Shown piece by piece: positions 50,932 through 62,531 of a DNA stretch of 64,000 bases. Positions within the stretch are counted from its first letter, which is position 1; each line of letters starts with the position of its first letter. The translations under genes were made by a program, and so were the position numbers. Below the pieces are notes generated by a model. It saw only the letters and a list, made by a program, of their open reading frames with translations, did no database searches and was not told the DNA's origin. Origin of the DNA: Rhizodiscina lignyota (Eukaryota); the NCBI GenBank assembly GCA_010015805.1, contig ML978122.1, positions 1,212,453-1,276,452 on the forward strand. The letters run 5' to 3'.

Positions 50932-53900
50932 GGTGTGAGAAGACGCTCAGAGAGCTTCCAGTCCAGTGTAGAGCGTGAGAGTTCGTCTAGAGTCGAAAGG
51001 ACGTCGCTAGGTGGGGGGTGGTCGCGCTTTGAGTGCTGTCGCAGCCTTCGACGGCGGTGCTGCACAGCCCAGTCTGCTCCAGCGGAACAGCCACTCACGA
51101 AACGCGATGCGTCGATGCGCCGTACGGCCGTGAAGACGGCTCCAAAGTGTTGTATGGCCGCGAGGAGGCGGCGATGGGGGTGATGGACGGTCGACGGCGG
51201 AGAATTGGAGGTTGAAGATGTGTGGAGATTCTGGAGACGGAGGTGGATGGCAATGCGTTGGTGGTGGTATAGTTCGGGGATTGGCTCAGCGTGCGTACGC
51301 TGCGCTGACGCGGCCTTGATCTTCGGGATGGCTCACTCTGCCTGGACCCCGGCCACTCCCTGTCCGCTCTGTAACTGCGCAATTGCAATGCTGCGTCCGC
51401 CTCACGAGTCGCCGAATGAGCGCGCGGCTGCCGATATGATGCGCGGTGCTGTTGAATCTGCTGAAAAGCGCTCGACTTCGCTGCTCTCTCAGTATTTCTC
51501 CGCTCAGCGACGCCGTGGGCGATTTGGCAGGCGACTCGTAAGCGGCGCCGTGTGGATGATGGGTGTGTCTTGGCACTGCTCCTCCCTCCAAATGGAGCTC
51601 TGCAATGGGCAAACGCGCGTTATCACTCGCCCACCGGCCGATCAGGATTTGGTATTACAGTTGGGAGAAATTGCAATACACGCTGCCTACCCTTCTGACT
51701 GCGTGGACGCTCCCCGGTGAGGCGCCGCTCTCCTTTTCTTAGCTACGCCATCACGACGCTGCCAAGCATACGTGGACGGCACGGCGGCGGGCAGGCGCGC
51801 TAGGCGGCATCGGGCGTAGCGCATCGTGCAATTGAAGATTTGCTGAACAACGCGCGTCGCCGTCCACACGCGCTGACGAACTCCCTCTCGCCATTTGCAA
51901 CCCCCAATGAGCCTCATGCGCCCCCAGACCATGCGAGTGCTGATGCCACACTATATTATTCCTTCGTCTCGTCTGCTCCGGACGCGTGCCCAACGCCGCT
52001 CCAGCTGCTGAGCAGGCGGCGAGACATCTGCGCAAGCTTTGTCGCGAGAGTACGACTGTCCTGTATTCGCCTCCCTTTGTTTGGAGGCTTTCGTACGTAG
52101 CTACATTGCGTTGACTCCTCTTCCCCGCCCTACGCCAGCAAAGCTTGTATCTCGATGCTTTGTAAATTCTCTCCGACACGTGCGCCGCTGATGGTCACGG
52201 TCTGAAGGGCGCACATTACGACGAGATTTCGCCCCTAAAGAAGTCTGCGACAACTCCGAAGTCCGGTGATGGCTGCTTTTGGTGTGAGGGAGCATCTGCA
52301 GGCGACATATCTCTTCACATGGCATTTGGAATATCCGTTCGTACGCCCATACCCACCACGTTTCATCTCGTCTCTGCGTGGTGCCCTATTTGGAAACTCG
52401 ACATTACCCGTTTCGAAAAGGTGTTGGACTCGACTTCATCTGGTTGACCGCACGTCCAACTGCGACGTCTGCCAACACCGGTGCTGTGTAACTTTCCTAT
52501 TGTCTACTTCTCAACGTTCTGGAGCGTAGAGGGCCACGATGTCGGATGTCCAAGCTTTGATGAGCGGCGGGCTTGATGCTTGCGTCCTCCCAAGACTTTG
52601 CGGCTGACGCATCTTTAATTGCTCTGGCGAATCACACGCGTCCCTTTTCCGCTGCTGACGCGGGCTTGGCTTGGCATGTGTAGCTGCGAATGCTAGATAT
52701 GGCAGGTGATCGGCCTAACCAGATGGACATCACTGCTCCACCTGCGAACACCACCAAGAAATCGAATTGTGAGAGTGTGTATGGGCAGGTGGGCTAGCCG
52801 CATTGCCGAAGAAATAATAACCGTCAATTCAGGCACCCAAGATCTGACGGTTGAGCTGTAAGAAACTCAATTGGTACCCAGAATACGACTTAATATTCAT
52901 ACTCCCAGCGCTCCATTGGCTCGGGCCAGCTTCGGATTTGGAATTGGACGGCAAGGCGGTATTGAGGCGTACGCAAAAGGAAAATTAACTGCTCACCCCT
53001 CAAGGATTTACCAAATAAGACATTGCAAGGTGGGCCATAAGTCGTAGAGTGGTGACATTGTGATCTGGGAAATAAGGCACGGCTGTGCTTACTGTTCCTG
53101 CGGATATCTTGAATTATATTGAAGCATTTGGCACTGACAACTGATTTGGTGATACTTGCCACCTGTGCGTTGAAGTGACAGATACTATCGACACGCGAAC
53201 GTGCAGCTGCGGGGACCTGTCAAATCGTCTGGTATCCGGGGAGCCAACATCACAAGTCTGGTGACATGCGACTTTCGGAATGGGTGGCCTCTTCAGCGAA
53301 GTCGGTGAAGATGCCGTTTGCGGCACGACTCTTGCGGGATTGAGGCTCTTCCCCATTCGCCTTCTTCGTCAACATCCAGCGGAGTCGCCGGCGAAGTCGG
53401 TGAAGCTATCGTGCTTGGTTTCTCGTCTTGCTTCTGCCAGATAAACGCACTCGGCCGGTAATGGAAATGCCAAATCGCTTTTCCGACTGTCTGAACTTCG
53501 CCAGCGGTAGCCTTCCGCCTCTCTTCACCGCTTGACGCGTCCATATCGTCCATCACTCACGACGTCTGTTTGCCGCACCGGACGGGTGGACCGTCGACTT
53601 TGATTGCTGGATGACATGTTCTCGCTGACCGTGGATGACGCGGCGGCTAGGGCGACATGGGGTGACGACGCTGAGAAGCAATCTGGGAGAGACACGGCCC
53701 GCTGGACATCGCGGAATTATGACCCCAAGTGTGCCTGAAACGCTGTTTCCAACATGAAGCTCTGCCGGATGAGCCATGGGAAAAAGTGCGTTTTGATGGA
53801 TCAAAGGCAAGTTTGGTGAGACTTTTCCTTCCACTGCACGTGCTCGTGATGCCATAATAGTTGTGATCTCGATCGATATCTCAAACCGGGCGATCAAAAG

Positions 53901-55926
53901 CCGCATGTCAGTATCCGGTACCTAACTGGACAGTCTTAAGCCTTATGGAGATCAACGACTATCGAACTTACGCGTACTTAGGCATACACATGAATAAATT
54001 TGTAGGACTGGTCCCGCTCTTTTGTCACATTCAAATACAACGTCGTATCTTGTGCTCCATAACACAGTCTCATTCTTCCCGATCGGATCGATACTCCCAT
54101 GTCTTTACAGAACGTAAGCGAGAGCATGGAGAGAGTCGACGTGATACAAGTTACGAAAGAATCGAAACAAGAAAAGAAAGAATCGGGTGTTGATGGAGAG
54201 AGAAGACCACAGTTCGGTATGTATAGGACATAACTTTCAAGTCGTTTCCCTTGACAGTAGATAGGACTTCTCAGGACGCCGAATTACCTGTGGTATCGTT
54301 CAGTCTGCTGGCGTTGTGGCCTTCCACTCGCGGTAGTGGATGGCCGTGCAGTTTGCACCATGACTGTAAAAGTGCACGACATGGTCAAGGAGAGCCGCGA
54401 GCAGCGCGTAGAAGCAAGTGCTTAAGACCATCGCTGAACAATCATATAGCGCTCCACGGAGTTCGGCATGATGGGGGTGTAGGCGCAGAGTGAGGAGAGC
54501 CGAGTTGATGCTGGCGATTTCTGAAGTCTCCGGTCGAGCTTACTCATTCATGATCCCATTCATGATGAGAATCGAGACAATGTCGTCAGACACTCGCGAC
54601 TTGTCTTTCATATCTCCTTGTGTTGCTCGGTCGGTGGACACAAGACGTGAACGCAACGAGCGTTGACTTTTCGAACGACTCCTCGATCATGAGATGGATT
54701 GCTCAACAGCAGGCGACCTCGATTCTAGAACGCGATACTGTGATTGATTGGACCTAGCCTGTAGTTGCTGTGACGCGCTTCAAGAATAGGAAACCTTCGC
54801 TTTGGAGACATCGGATCCCCGGCAGTTGAGCATACGACAGAATAAGGAGCTGGATTCCTGTTTCGGAGACGAGCGTCGGTCCACATCGTATTCGATCGAA
54901 TTGAGAATTGCATCACGCCAGAGCACCTCATACGTTGACAGCTCTCTGCTGTGTACCGAGCGACTCATCAAGTATATTGGCGATCTGGCAGATGTATCAG
55001 TAAGTGCAGTCTCGAATCTCGAGAGAGAGAGCTAACCATGCCTGTTTTCAAAGTCTTGTGTCGTCAGGCGCTCTCGATGGAGCGCACCATATAATGCGGC
55101 TCACTGAGCAAGCTGCACCTAAACATCGACTTCAGCTTCCTAATCGCATAGTTGGAGGCTCTGGAGATGGTTGAGGCCACAGGAGGCCAGAACAAGGCAC
55201 CCTGGCGTGGCTTGGTCTAAGAAGTCAAGCAAACGCCACAGCCGCCGGCATCCGCCCTTGCCGTCGATCCTCACCCCGCAGCGTCCGTTTGGAGAAAGCC
55301 CCACCATCTGCTCTGTGCCACCAGCGCACGTATAATCGCTCTCGTCGTCGTACGCGTGCAACTCCACAATGAGCCGGATGCCGGGCTGGGCCGTGAATAC
55401 GAGGGAAATGATCATGTCTACCAGCTGCTTATACTATTGCCGCTACCTCAAGCGATCGTCGGCCGGCCCACTCACAGCGTTTGGAGGGGCACTCTCATGG
55501 CATTCTCACGATGCCTATGGCCAAAGTAGGCGAGTTTCAATATTGATCTGCGCGGGGAGGCAAGGACGAGGGAAGCGGACCCTTACAGAACGCACGTCAT
55601 ATGAGCCATTTGGAAAGAGAGAAGAGTGAAGCCTGAGTCGTGTCGTACTTGTTGAGACTATTAAGTAGCAGAGGAAGCCACAAGTTACTCTGTCAGCGTG
55701 TACTGCTTCGTGTTGTCGATAGTTTGAGGAAACCACTGCCGTCACGGCACTTCACTTCCTCTTCCGTGCCGTTGCCTACACAACGCTAGGTGTGTTAACA
55801 CTTCGACCTTTCACTTCTTATAAATTCCTCACTCTTCTCCTCCAACCTTTTTCAAACAGCAACTCACATCTCTCCTCTGCAATCACATAGAGATAGCATA
55901 GCGACACCCTGAATTTGGTCTTCAAG

Positions 55927-56650
55927 ATGCACGCCTCAGTTTTCTTCACCTTTCTCACGTTCCTCGCGTTCTGCGTCGCTCAAGGCTACGGAGCAACGAC
56001 GACTACAGTCCTCACTACGTCGACCGTGTCCGTCGCGCCTGATACCTTTGCCACGCCGCCGCCATCATACATCCTGAAGACTCGCCTCCGCAATGCCACG
56101 AACGCAAACTATCCTGTCACGGACTACTCCAAGGCCAAGTTCTCGAACCTCTACCTCTGGGCCTACCACACCGGCGCCGGCCTGAACGATGCTGTCGTCT
56201 CTTCCAACAAGTCTCTCGCCATCACGGGCTTCCTCAACGTCACCAACACGACCGCCGGAAAGACTGAAGGCTACCAGGAGTTCGTTCTCGCTCCCAACCA
56301 GCCCGACTACGGCTTCGCGTTCACCATCGGCACGTACTCTGGCTGGGGCGAGGTGCAGATCAACGGAGGAGCACAGACGCCTGGCTTCTACTTCACGACG
56401 GAACACGGCTTGCAGTGGGGAGGTGCGGATGGCTCTGAGGGAGCAAGCTTTGGTGGTTGGCTTGGTGAGTGTTCCCCTTTGCTATGGATGCAACAAAATC
56501 CTACGAATACTAAGACAATGGCTAGTTTGCGATTGGTGGCACGGCAAAGGCCAGTCGCAGCTGTTCTGGAGGAACAAGTACTTCCCCATCGCAGACTATC
56601 CGACGCTGTGCAACTGCGCAGATGTTGACCTGATCCCGGAAGCTGCGTAA
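55927..56650 (+). CDS. Secreted fungal protein (signal peptide, Thr-rich stalk, N-glycosylation sequons), 2 exons
   Basis: MHASVFFTFLTFLAFCVAQG; AYHTGAGLNDAV; FGGWL|VCDWWHG..QLFW..CADVDL; strong C-ending codon bias; TATAAA at ~55819. Confidence 0.85.
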
Positions 56651-57113
56651 AGAGGTGCGCACGAAGATGAGTGGGAATGTGCAAAGGGGAGGCTGATAAC
56701 GAGACATCAAAATGTGATGTATCCTACGACACGATAGCATGATTACGAAGAATGAAAACTGACATGACTTTGGAATTACCAGCGCTTTGAGCATGAATAC
56801 AGTTCTGTCGGTGTGATCGTCTAGCTACCACTGCTTCTCGTCAATTGCCCAATGACGAACCTTAAGGCTTCCTTCCCATCCTCGTCCTGCGATTGCAATG
56901 ACTGTAATATTCTCACAGCATCACAGGCCTTCCAGTTATTCTTCAAAGCATGCGCAGTAAAATCGAGAAGATCACCTGCCAAGTCACCCCCGATCCCTGG
57001 GTTGCCGGCCAACATCAATGAGGTCTCGGCAGACTGAACAGGTGCTTGGGACGCAGGCTTGGGCTGTTGAGAAGTTATTGTAGTTTGCGAGGCATGTTGT
57101 CGACTCGTTGGCA

Positions 57114-57278
57114 TATGAGGGACGGAGTGAGTGTGGTGTATGACCGTCGCGGACTGTAGTACGTCCTGAGAATTGTTGATGGTAATATTGAAGTTATTCG
57201 CAGTATGAGGGACGGAGTGAGTATATTGTGTGATCGTCGCGCACTGTAGTGCGTGCTGAGAATGGTCGATGGTAATAC
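57114..57278. repeat. Imperfect 90-bp tandem duplication (about 1.8 copies)
   Basis: TATGAGGGACGGAGTGAGT starts at 57114 and 57204, with downstream similarity to ..GATGGTAATA. Confidence 0.9.
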
Positions 57279-57465
57279 GCCTAACCCTAACAGATTATAT
57301 GGCGGGCCGAGCCATCTCAAGGAACGGATTGGATTGGATCGAAGAGATCGACTACGTCATGAGCGAATATGAACGCTTGAAGCTGCAGCTCGGCCGATAG
57401 CTTATTTAGCAAAGTGGCTGGATCTCATAATTAAATATTCATTCAGACACGAAGGGTTTCAAACC

Positions 57466-58804
57466 ATGGCTTCGATGTCTGATAATCGGTCTACTTTGAA
57501 AGAATTCTTTGCGGTACAAAATTTACATTCAATCATTTCAGTGCAGCATTTTACTAACTGTAACAGTCAATTGCGACAATAAAAGGCGATCTTTCGAATA
57601 TCACCGCTCCGCCCTTTGTACTAGCTCCCCAATCCACTGTCGAGTTTCCTGCGTACTGGGCCGAGAGACCATCCGTATTTGTAGCAGCAGCAGCATCAGA
57701 TGATCCTGCAAAGAGAGCATTGCTCGTACTCAAATGGTTCCTCAGCGCCCTCAAAGGACAGCAGTATGCGGGCCGAAACCCAAGCGATGGCATTAAAAAG
57801 CCATTGAATGCATTTCTGGGCGAGCTGTTTCTTGCTGAATGGAACGATGCCTCTGGAAAGACGCAATTGGTCTCGGAGCAAGTGAGGTATGCTTTTCTTA
57901 GGCCTTGTCTTGCGAATGTAGCTATGGTTGAGATAGTCCCAGCCATCATCCTCCGGTAACAGCATGCTGTCTTTGGAACGACGATGCCGGAGTAAAGGTA
58001 TAGCGTCAGGTGCCTCGGAATATTGTTGTTGTACTGATCCGACTTTATCAGGCTGAAGGATACACATGTCAAGAAATTACGGCCTCAGTATCTGGGAGTG
58101 TCCATATCCGCCAAATAGGGCATGCAATCCTTCATCTGGACAAGCATAACGAAGATTACCTTGTGCCAATACCGGACGTCAAGGTTAAAGGAATTCTCAC
58201 TGGTACTCCGTATCCAGAGCTCAATGGCACCTATTACATTGCATCATCGAGCGGGTTCCATTCCAAGATTGACTTTTCTGGACGGGGCCTGTTCCATGGG
58301 AAGAAGAACAGTTTTCAAGCCAGCGTCTTCAGGAATGGAGATGAAAAGTCGCCAATATACGAGATCGAAGGTCAGTGGACGGAAAAATTTACGATCCGCG
58401 ACGTTGCCACTTCAAAAGATATTGAAAGTTTCGATACAAATGTCAACGACCGGACTCCGCTCAGTGTCCCCGCTGTTCAGGACCAAGACCCGTGGGAGTC
58501 AAGGCGCGCATGGGCAGGTGTCATTGATGCGCTGAACCATAGTAATATGCAAGCAACTGTCGATGAGAAATCAAAGGTCGAGGAGGCCCAAAGAGCGATG
58601 CGGAAACGTGAGGAGGAGCAACGGAGTGAATGGCAACCACTATTCTTCCAATGTGAGAAAGATGACTCGACGTTTCGAGAACTGGCACGAGGTACTGGAG
58701 AGGAGTTGCATGCGGATCTGACCAAAGGTGTTTGGAAGTCCGACTGGAAGGCTCTGAAGGAAAGCAGGAAACCGTTTCGGGGAAACATGACTCCTTTGGG
58801 GTGA
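57466..58804 (+). CDS. Short oxysterol-binding protein (Osh4/Kes1-like), 4 exons
   Basis: IKGDLSNITAPPF, KKPLNAFLGELF, EQVSHHPP (spliced), QDPWESRRAW, KSKVEEAQR. Confidence 0.93.
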
Positions 58805-59062
58805 GAAAATGATCTTTCCCGGCTCCAGGTGTAGGCACAAGGAGTAGATCATCCGACCAGCAATCAGAAGGATGCTTAGTATTGAGTAGAATTTGTCTAT
58901 ACCACCCGCAGCAGCTGATGAATATTAGACTGGATTAACGTACGTTGAAGATAAAGAGCGCAAGATACACGCATCTATGTTTGAGAGGTCCACAAATTCC
59001 GTGAACTTGCATCTGGTAAGTTTCAGTATTCCAGGCTGCGTATCGTTTGGGTCCACCTATCC

Positions 59063-59964
59063 TTAGTCCACTCCACAAACAGGGTCTTCATCGACAACCA
59101 GAATTCGCTTTAGGGATACCAGGTCATCGCCACTCAGGATCAACTTGTCACGGAAGTACCCTTCGGGACCGCCATAGTCTGCTCTCAGCGTCTTCAAAGC
59201 CCCAAGGATACTCTCTTTCCTCGCTCCGGCCATTCTCCGTGCCCCTTCTGGAGTAACGTGTGCCGATCTCTGGACTGCCTTCACAATGGTCTCTAGCCAG
59301 GGACCCATCCCTTGCTCCGTTAACGAGTACTCCTCAGCGACGGTTGCATCGTCTACACCACAAAATGAGAGAATGACTGCACATATCACTCCCGTGCGGT
59401 CCTTGCCGGCGGTGCAGTGGATCAGTATCGCCTCTTCAGGGTTTTTGAGAATGTGCCGTATGATGCGGCCGTATGTTGTAACGCCCTCTTCAAGAATCTT
59501 CTTGTACGCTCGAATCATGCCCTGGCCGAAAAGGTTAGCAAGTTCGTCGCGTGGCTAAACATTGTACATACCTCTGAGTTAGATGTCTGGTAGTCTGCAT
59601 GCCTGGAAACCAAGCTAACGGGATCATAGCTCTCCTCTGGAAAGACCGGAGAGTATATTCTTTCTATGCCGGGCCAGGAAGTCACGATACCCGCAGCACC
59701 TGAGACTTGGTGCTTTTCTATCTCAGGCTTCGAGCGCAGGTCAAAGACGTTGGTAACTCCAAGCGATTTTATCTTCTCAACATCTTCATCAGTCGCCCTA
59801 GTCGGCTCACCACATCTGAAGATGAAGTTTCGCCGAACAGATTTATTCGGCTCTCCTGAAATGGGCCAGCCTCCGAGATCGCGAAAGTTCGGGATGCCTT
59901 GCACGTGTACGAACGGAGGAGAGGGCAAAGTCGAAGAGGTCCCGTGCAGTGTTGAATCCTCCAT
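59063..59964 (-). CDS. Tyrosine/lipid phosphatase (Y_phosphatase3, IphP/MptpB-like), 2 exons
   Basis: GIPNFRDLGG, VFDLRS, P-loop HCTAGKDRTG, EYSLT. Confidence 0.92.
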
Positions 59965-60572
59965 TGCAGATATCAATGCTGTTTGAAAAGGAAAACTATC
60001 TCTTCTCTTCAAGCATACTAAGCTCTACAAGTTCTGGAGTTTCGTACCCGGGAAATGCGGGAATTTGGGCTCGGTTGCATGAATGGGTCAATCATGCCGA
60101 GGGAGGCCGACCAAACTATTCGCACATGGCAGGTTCCTGCGTTTTCATTGCGTCCAGACTTAGGCTGTCGCGAGAGTCGCCTCTCGGGCCAATTGGTCTT
60201 CTAAGCTCGAGACATTATTGTGCAGAATAGAGTCTTAAGTTGTGGATAGAGGTGATGAGAAGAATAGCTTTACTCCGTATTCAGAGACTGATGAAATGAG
60301 AGACGAGGTCCAATCATCCAATGAAAGGTGGCTGGGTGGCTTTGAGTGGTCCTAGTGGAGATTGCACATGGAAAGGCTTATGTAAAGGGCGATCTATGAA
60401 AAAAGTTTTCTCCGGCTTCCAATTCAAGCGCTTATCGAGCATGTCGTGCGATTTCGGAGATATTGTGATTCATAAACTCGTCGCTGGGCCACGGATAAGC
60501 GGAAGAAGTACGTAGTACATTATCGTCGTTCTGCTACATTCCACGTGTGTTCCAGAGCAATCTTGTGTCACA

Positions 60573-61587
60573 ATGCCCAACTCCAGCCTTGACGAAAAGC
60601 GACTCGAGGTCTTAAACGAGACGGCCAGTAGAAGATCCAGACTTCTCCTAATAACTGAACTTCCGGAATGGTACCAACGCAACGACTACATGTTGACGGG
60701 TTATCGTCCTCCCACTTACTCCCTGTCGACCTGCGTCACGAGCCTGACGTACATCCACAACGAAACCGCCAACATCTTCTCCCACTTGCTGCCGGCCATA
60801 TGGACTGTAGGCGCACAACTATTGCTCTGGAAAGCATTCTGGTCAAACTTTCCCAATGCTGACTTCCGTGAATATGGCATCTTTGCCCTGAACCTGTTCG
60901 CCGCGACCGTCTGCTTTTCCCTCTCCGCGGGCTACCACACTGTGATCAATCACTCAGAGCGGATTCTGGATCTGTCTACGAGGATTGACTATGTTGGAAT
61001 CTTACTCATGATCGTCGGAAACTTCATATCTGGTATATACGTCGCGTTTTATTGTCAGCCTGCGCTACAGAAAACGTACTGGACAATGGTTAGTGAGTAT
61101 GATTTCTTAGTTTCGTCTTTTATGTCTTTTTTTTTTGGTTGCTGTCGATATTTAGACCTGTGCTCCAAAGCATCATGGACTATCCAGAATATTCACAGTG
61201 TCGCAGATTGTTATCCTGAGCGCCTTGACAGCCTCAATGGTCCTGCATCCGGCATACCAGCATCGTCGTTACCGACTTATCCGCCTGGCTGCCTTTGTGG
61301 CGACGGGACTGTCGGGTTTCGTTCCAGTAATACATGCCATCAGGATCCACGATCCCGAGAGGTTATGGAAATCAGGACTGGCCCACTATTATTCTGAAGG
61401 CGCGCTCTTCATCTTTGGGGCATTCCTTTACGGCACTCATCTTCCCGAGCGACTATACCCGGGGACCTTCGACACCTGGTTCCACTCTCATTTCTTGTTC
61501 CACTGCTTCGTGGTTGCCGCGGTGGCTGTCCATTATCGAGGGGCTTGGATTGCATTTGACTGGATATACCATACGGGTCAATGTTGA
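60573..61587 (+). CDS. PAQR/HlyIII-family membrane protein (Izh/adiponectin-receptor-like); intron 61089-61206
   Basis: ELPEWYQRNDY..GYR, HNETANIFSH, SAGYHT..HS, DYVGI, PERLYPGTFD..HSHFLFH. Confidence 0.92.
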
Positions 61588-62531
61588 GGGCGTCTTCGTC
61601 CAAGTGTTACTTGCAACGTATCTGTGCAGACTCAATCACGGAGACAGCCTTTCAAAGCGGTGGCATACTCTTGTGGTTGGTGCGAGCTTTGGAAATCATT
61701 GTATATAGCTGGAGGTGTTTTTAACGTGCTGGCCAGCACTAAAGCTTTCTTTCCGTGGAGGGCTGCCTAGCATTCTAAGGCCTGCGCTGGCCTACTTGAT
61801 GTTTAAGTATGTGTGGGAATTGTTTGACTCCATCATTCCTAGTGAGAGAGTATGGCTAAACTGAAATTGCACAACCAGCAAATGGAGATGTGATTAAAAT
61901 TTAGACCCTTATACAACTGAAGAGCTTCAAGATTCACCTTGTATCCGTCTAGGAGCTGGTAATATTGTAGGATTACCAAAGATATGTCATCATTGGCGGA
62001 AGGGGTACCCCATACTGAGGAAAGCGTCCTCCACAGAGAGGTAATCAGTCCTGTGCATGACCAGAAAGTTCGATGAACTATATTTACTATATCTGTCAGG
62101 TGCTCTGATGGTGTAGAGTCATAACAATCAATGGCGTGCTCTTACTGTTAGGCAAACAGTGGCGCTTCCCGCACACAACAAGTGGCGTTGCTGCCAAGTT
62201 TCATGGGTCGTTGTTACAGAGCTCCAGGCAAGCAACACCAAGTTTTACGAAACACAACACTCCCGCTTATATACCCTTCTCCAACCTTTTCTGCACTTCT
62301 GCAACCATTCACCTGCCGTTCTGCACCCGCTACAGCTTTGAGAACACGTTTTCGTCGCGACACACCGAGCCTCCGCCAACTCCGCGCGCTTTACTGTGAC
62401 GAGGCAACAGGTACAGCCACATCGGGCTCTCTGTTGCTACACTAGCCATTTACAAAGTTTGAGGAGGAGCAGGCAAGCTGGGGAAGAGAAAGCTTTCAGG
62501 AGCGGATCTAAATGGTCCATCGAAGAAAGCC

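Noticed and set aside
57280..57290. Telomeric repeat tract
   Set aside because: Under two TTAGGG units; compatible with chance
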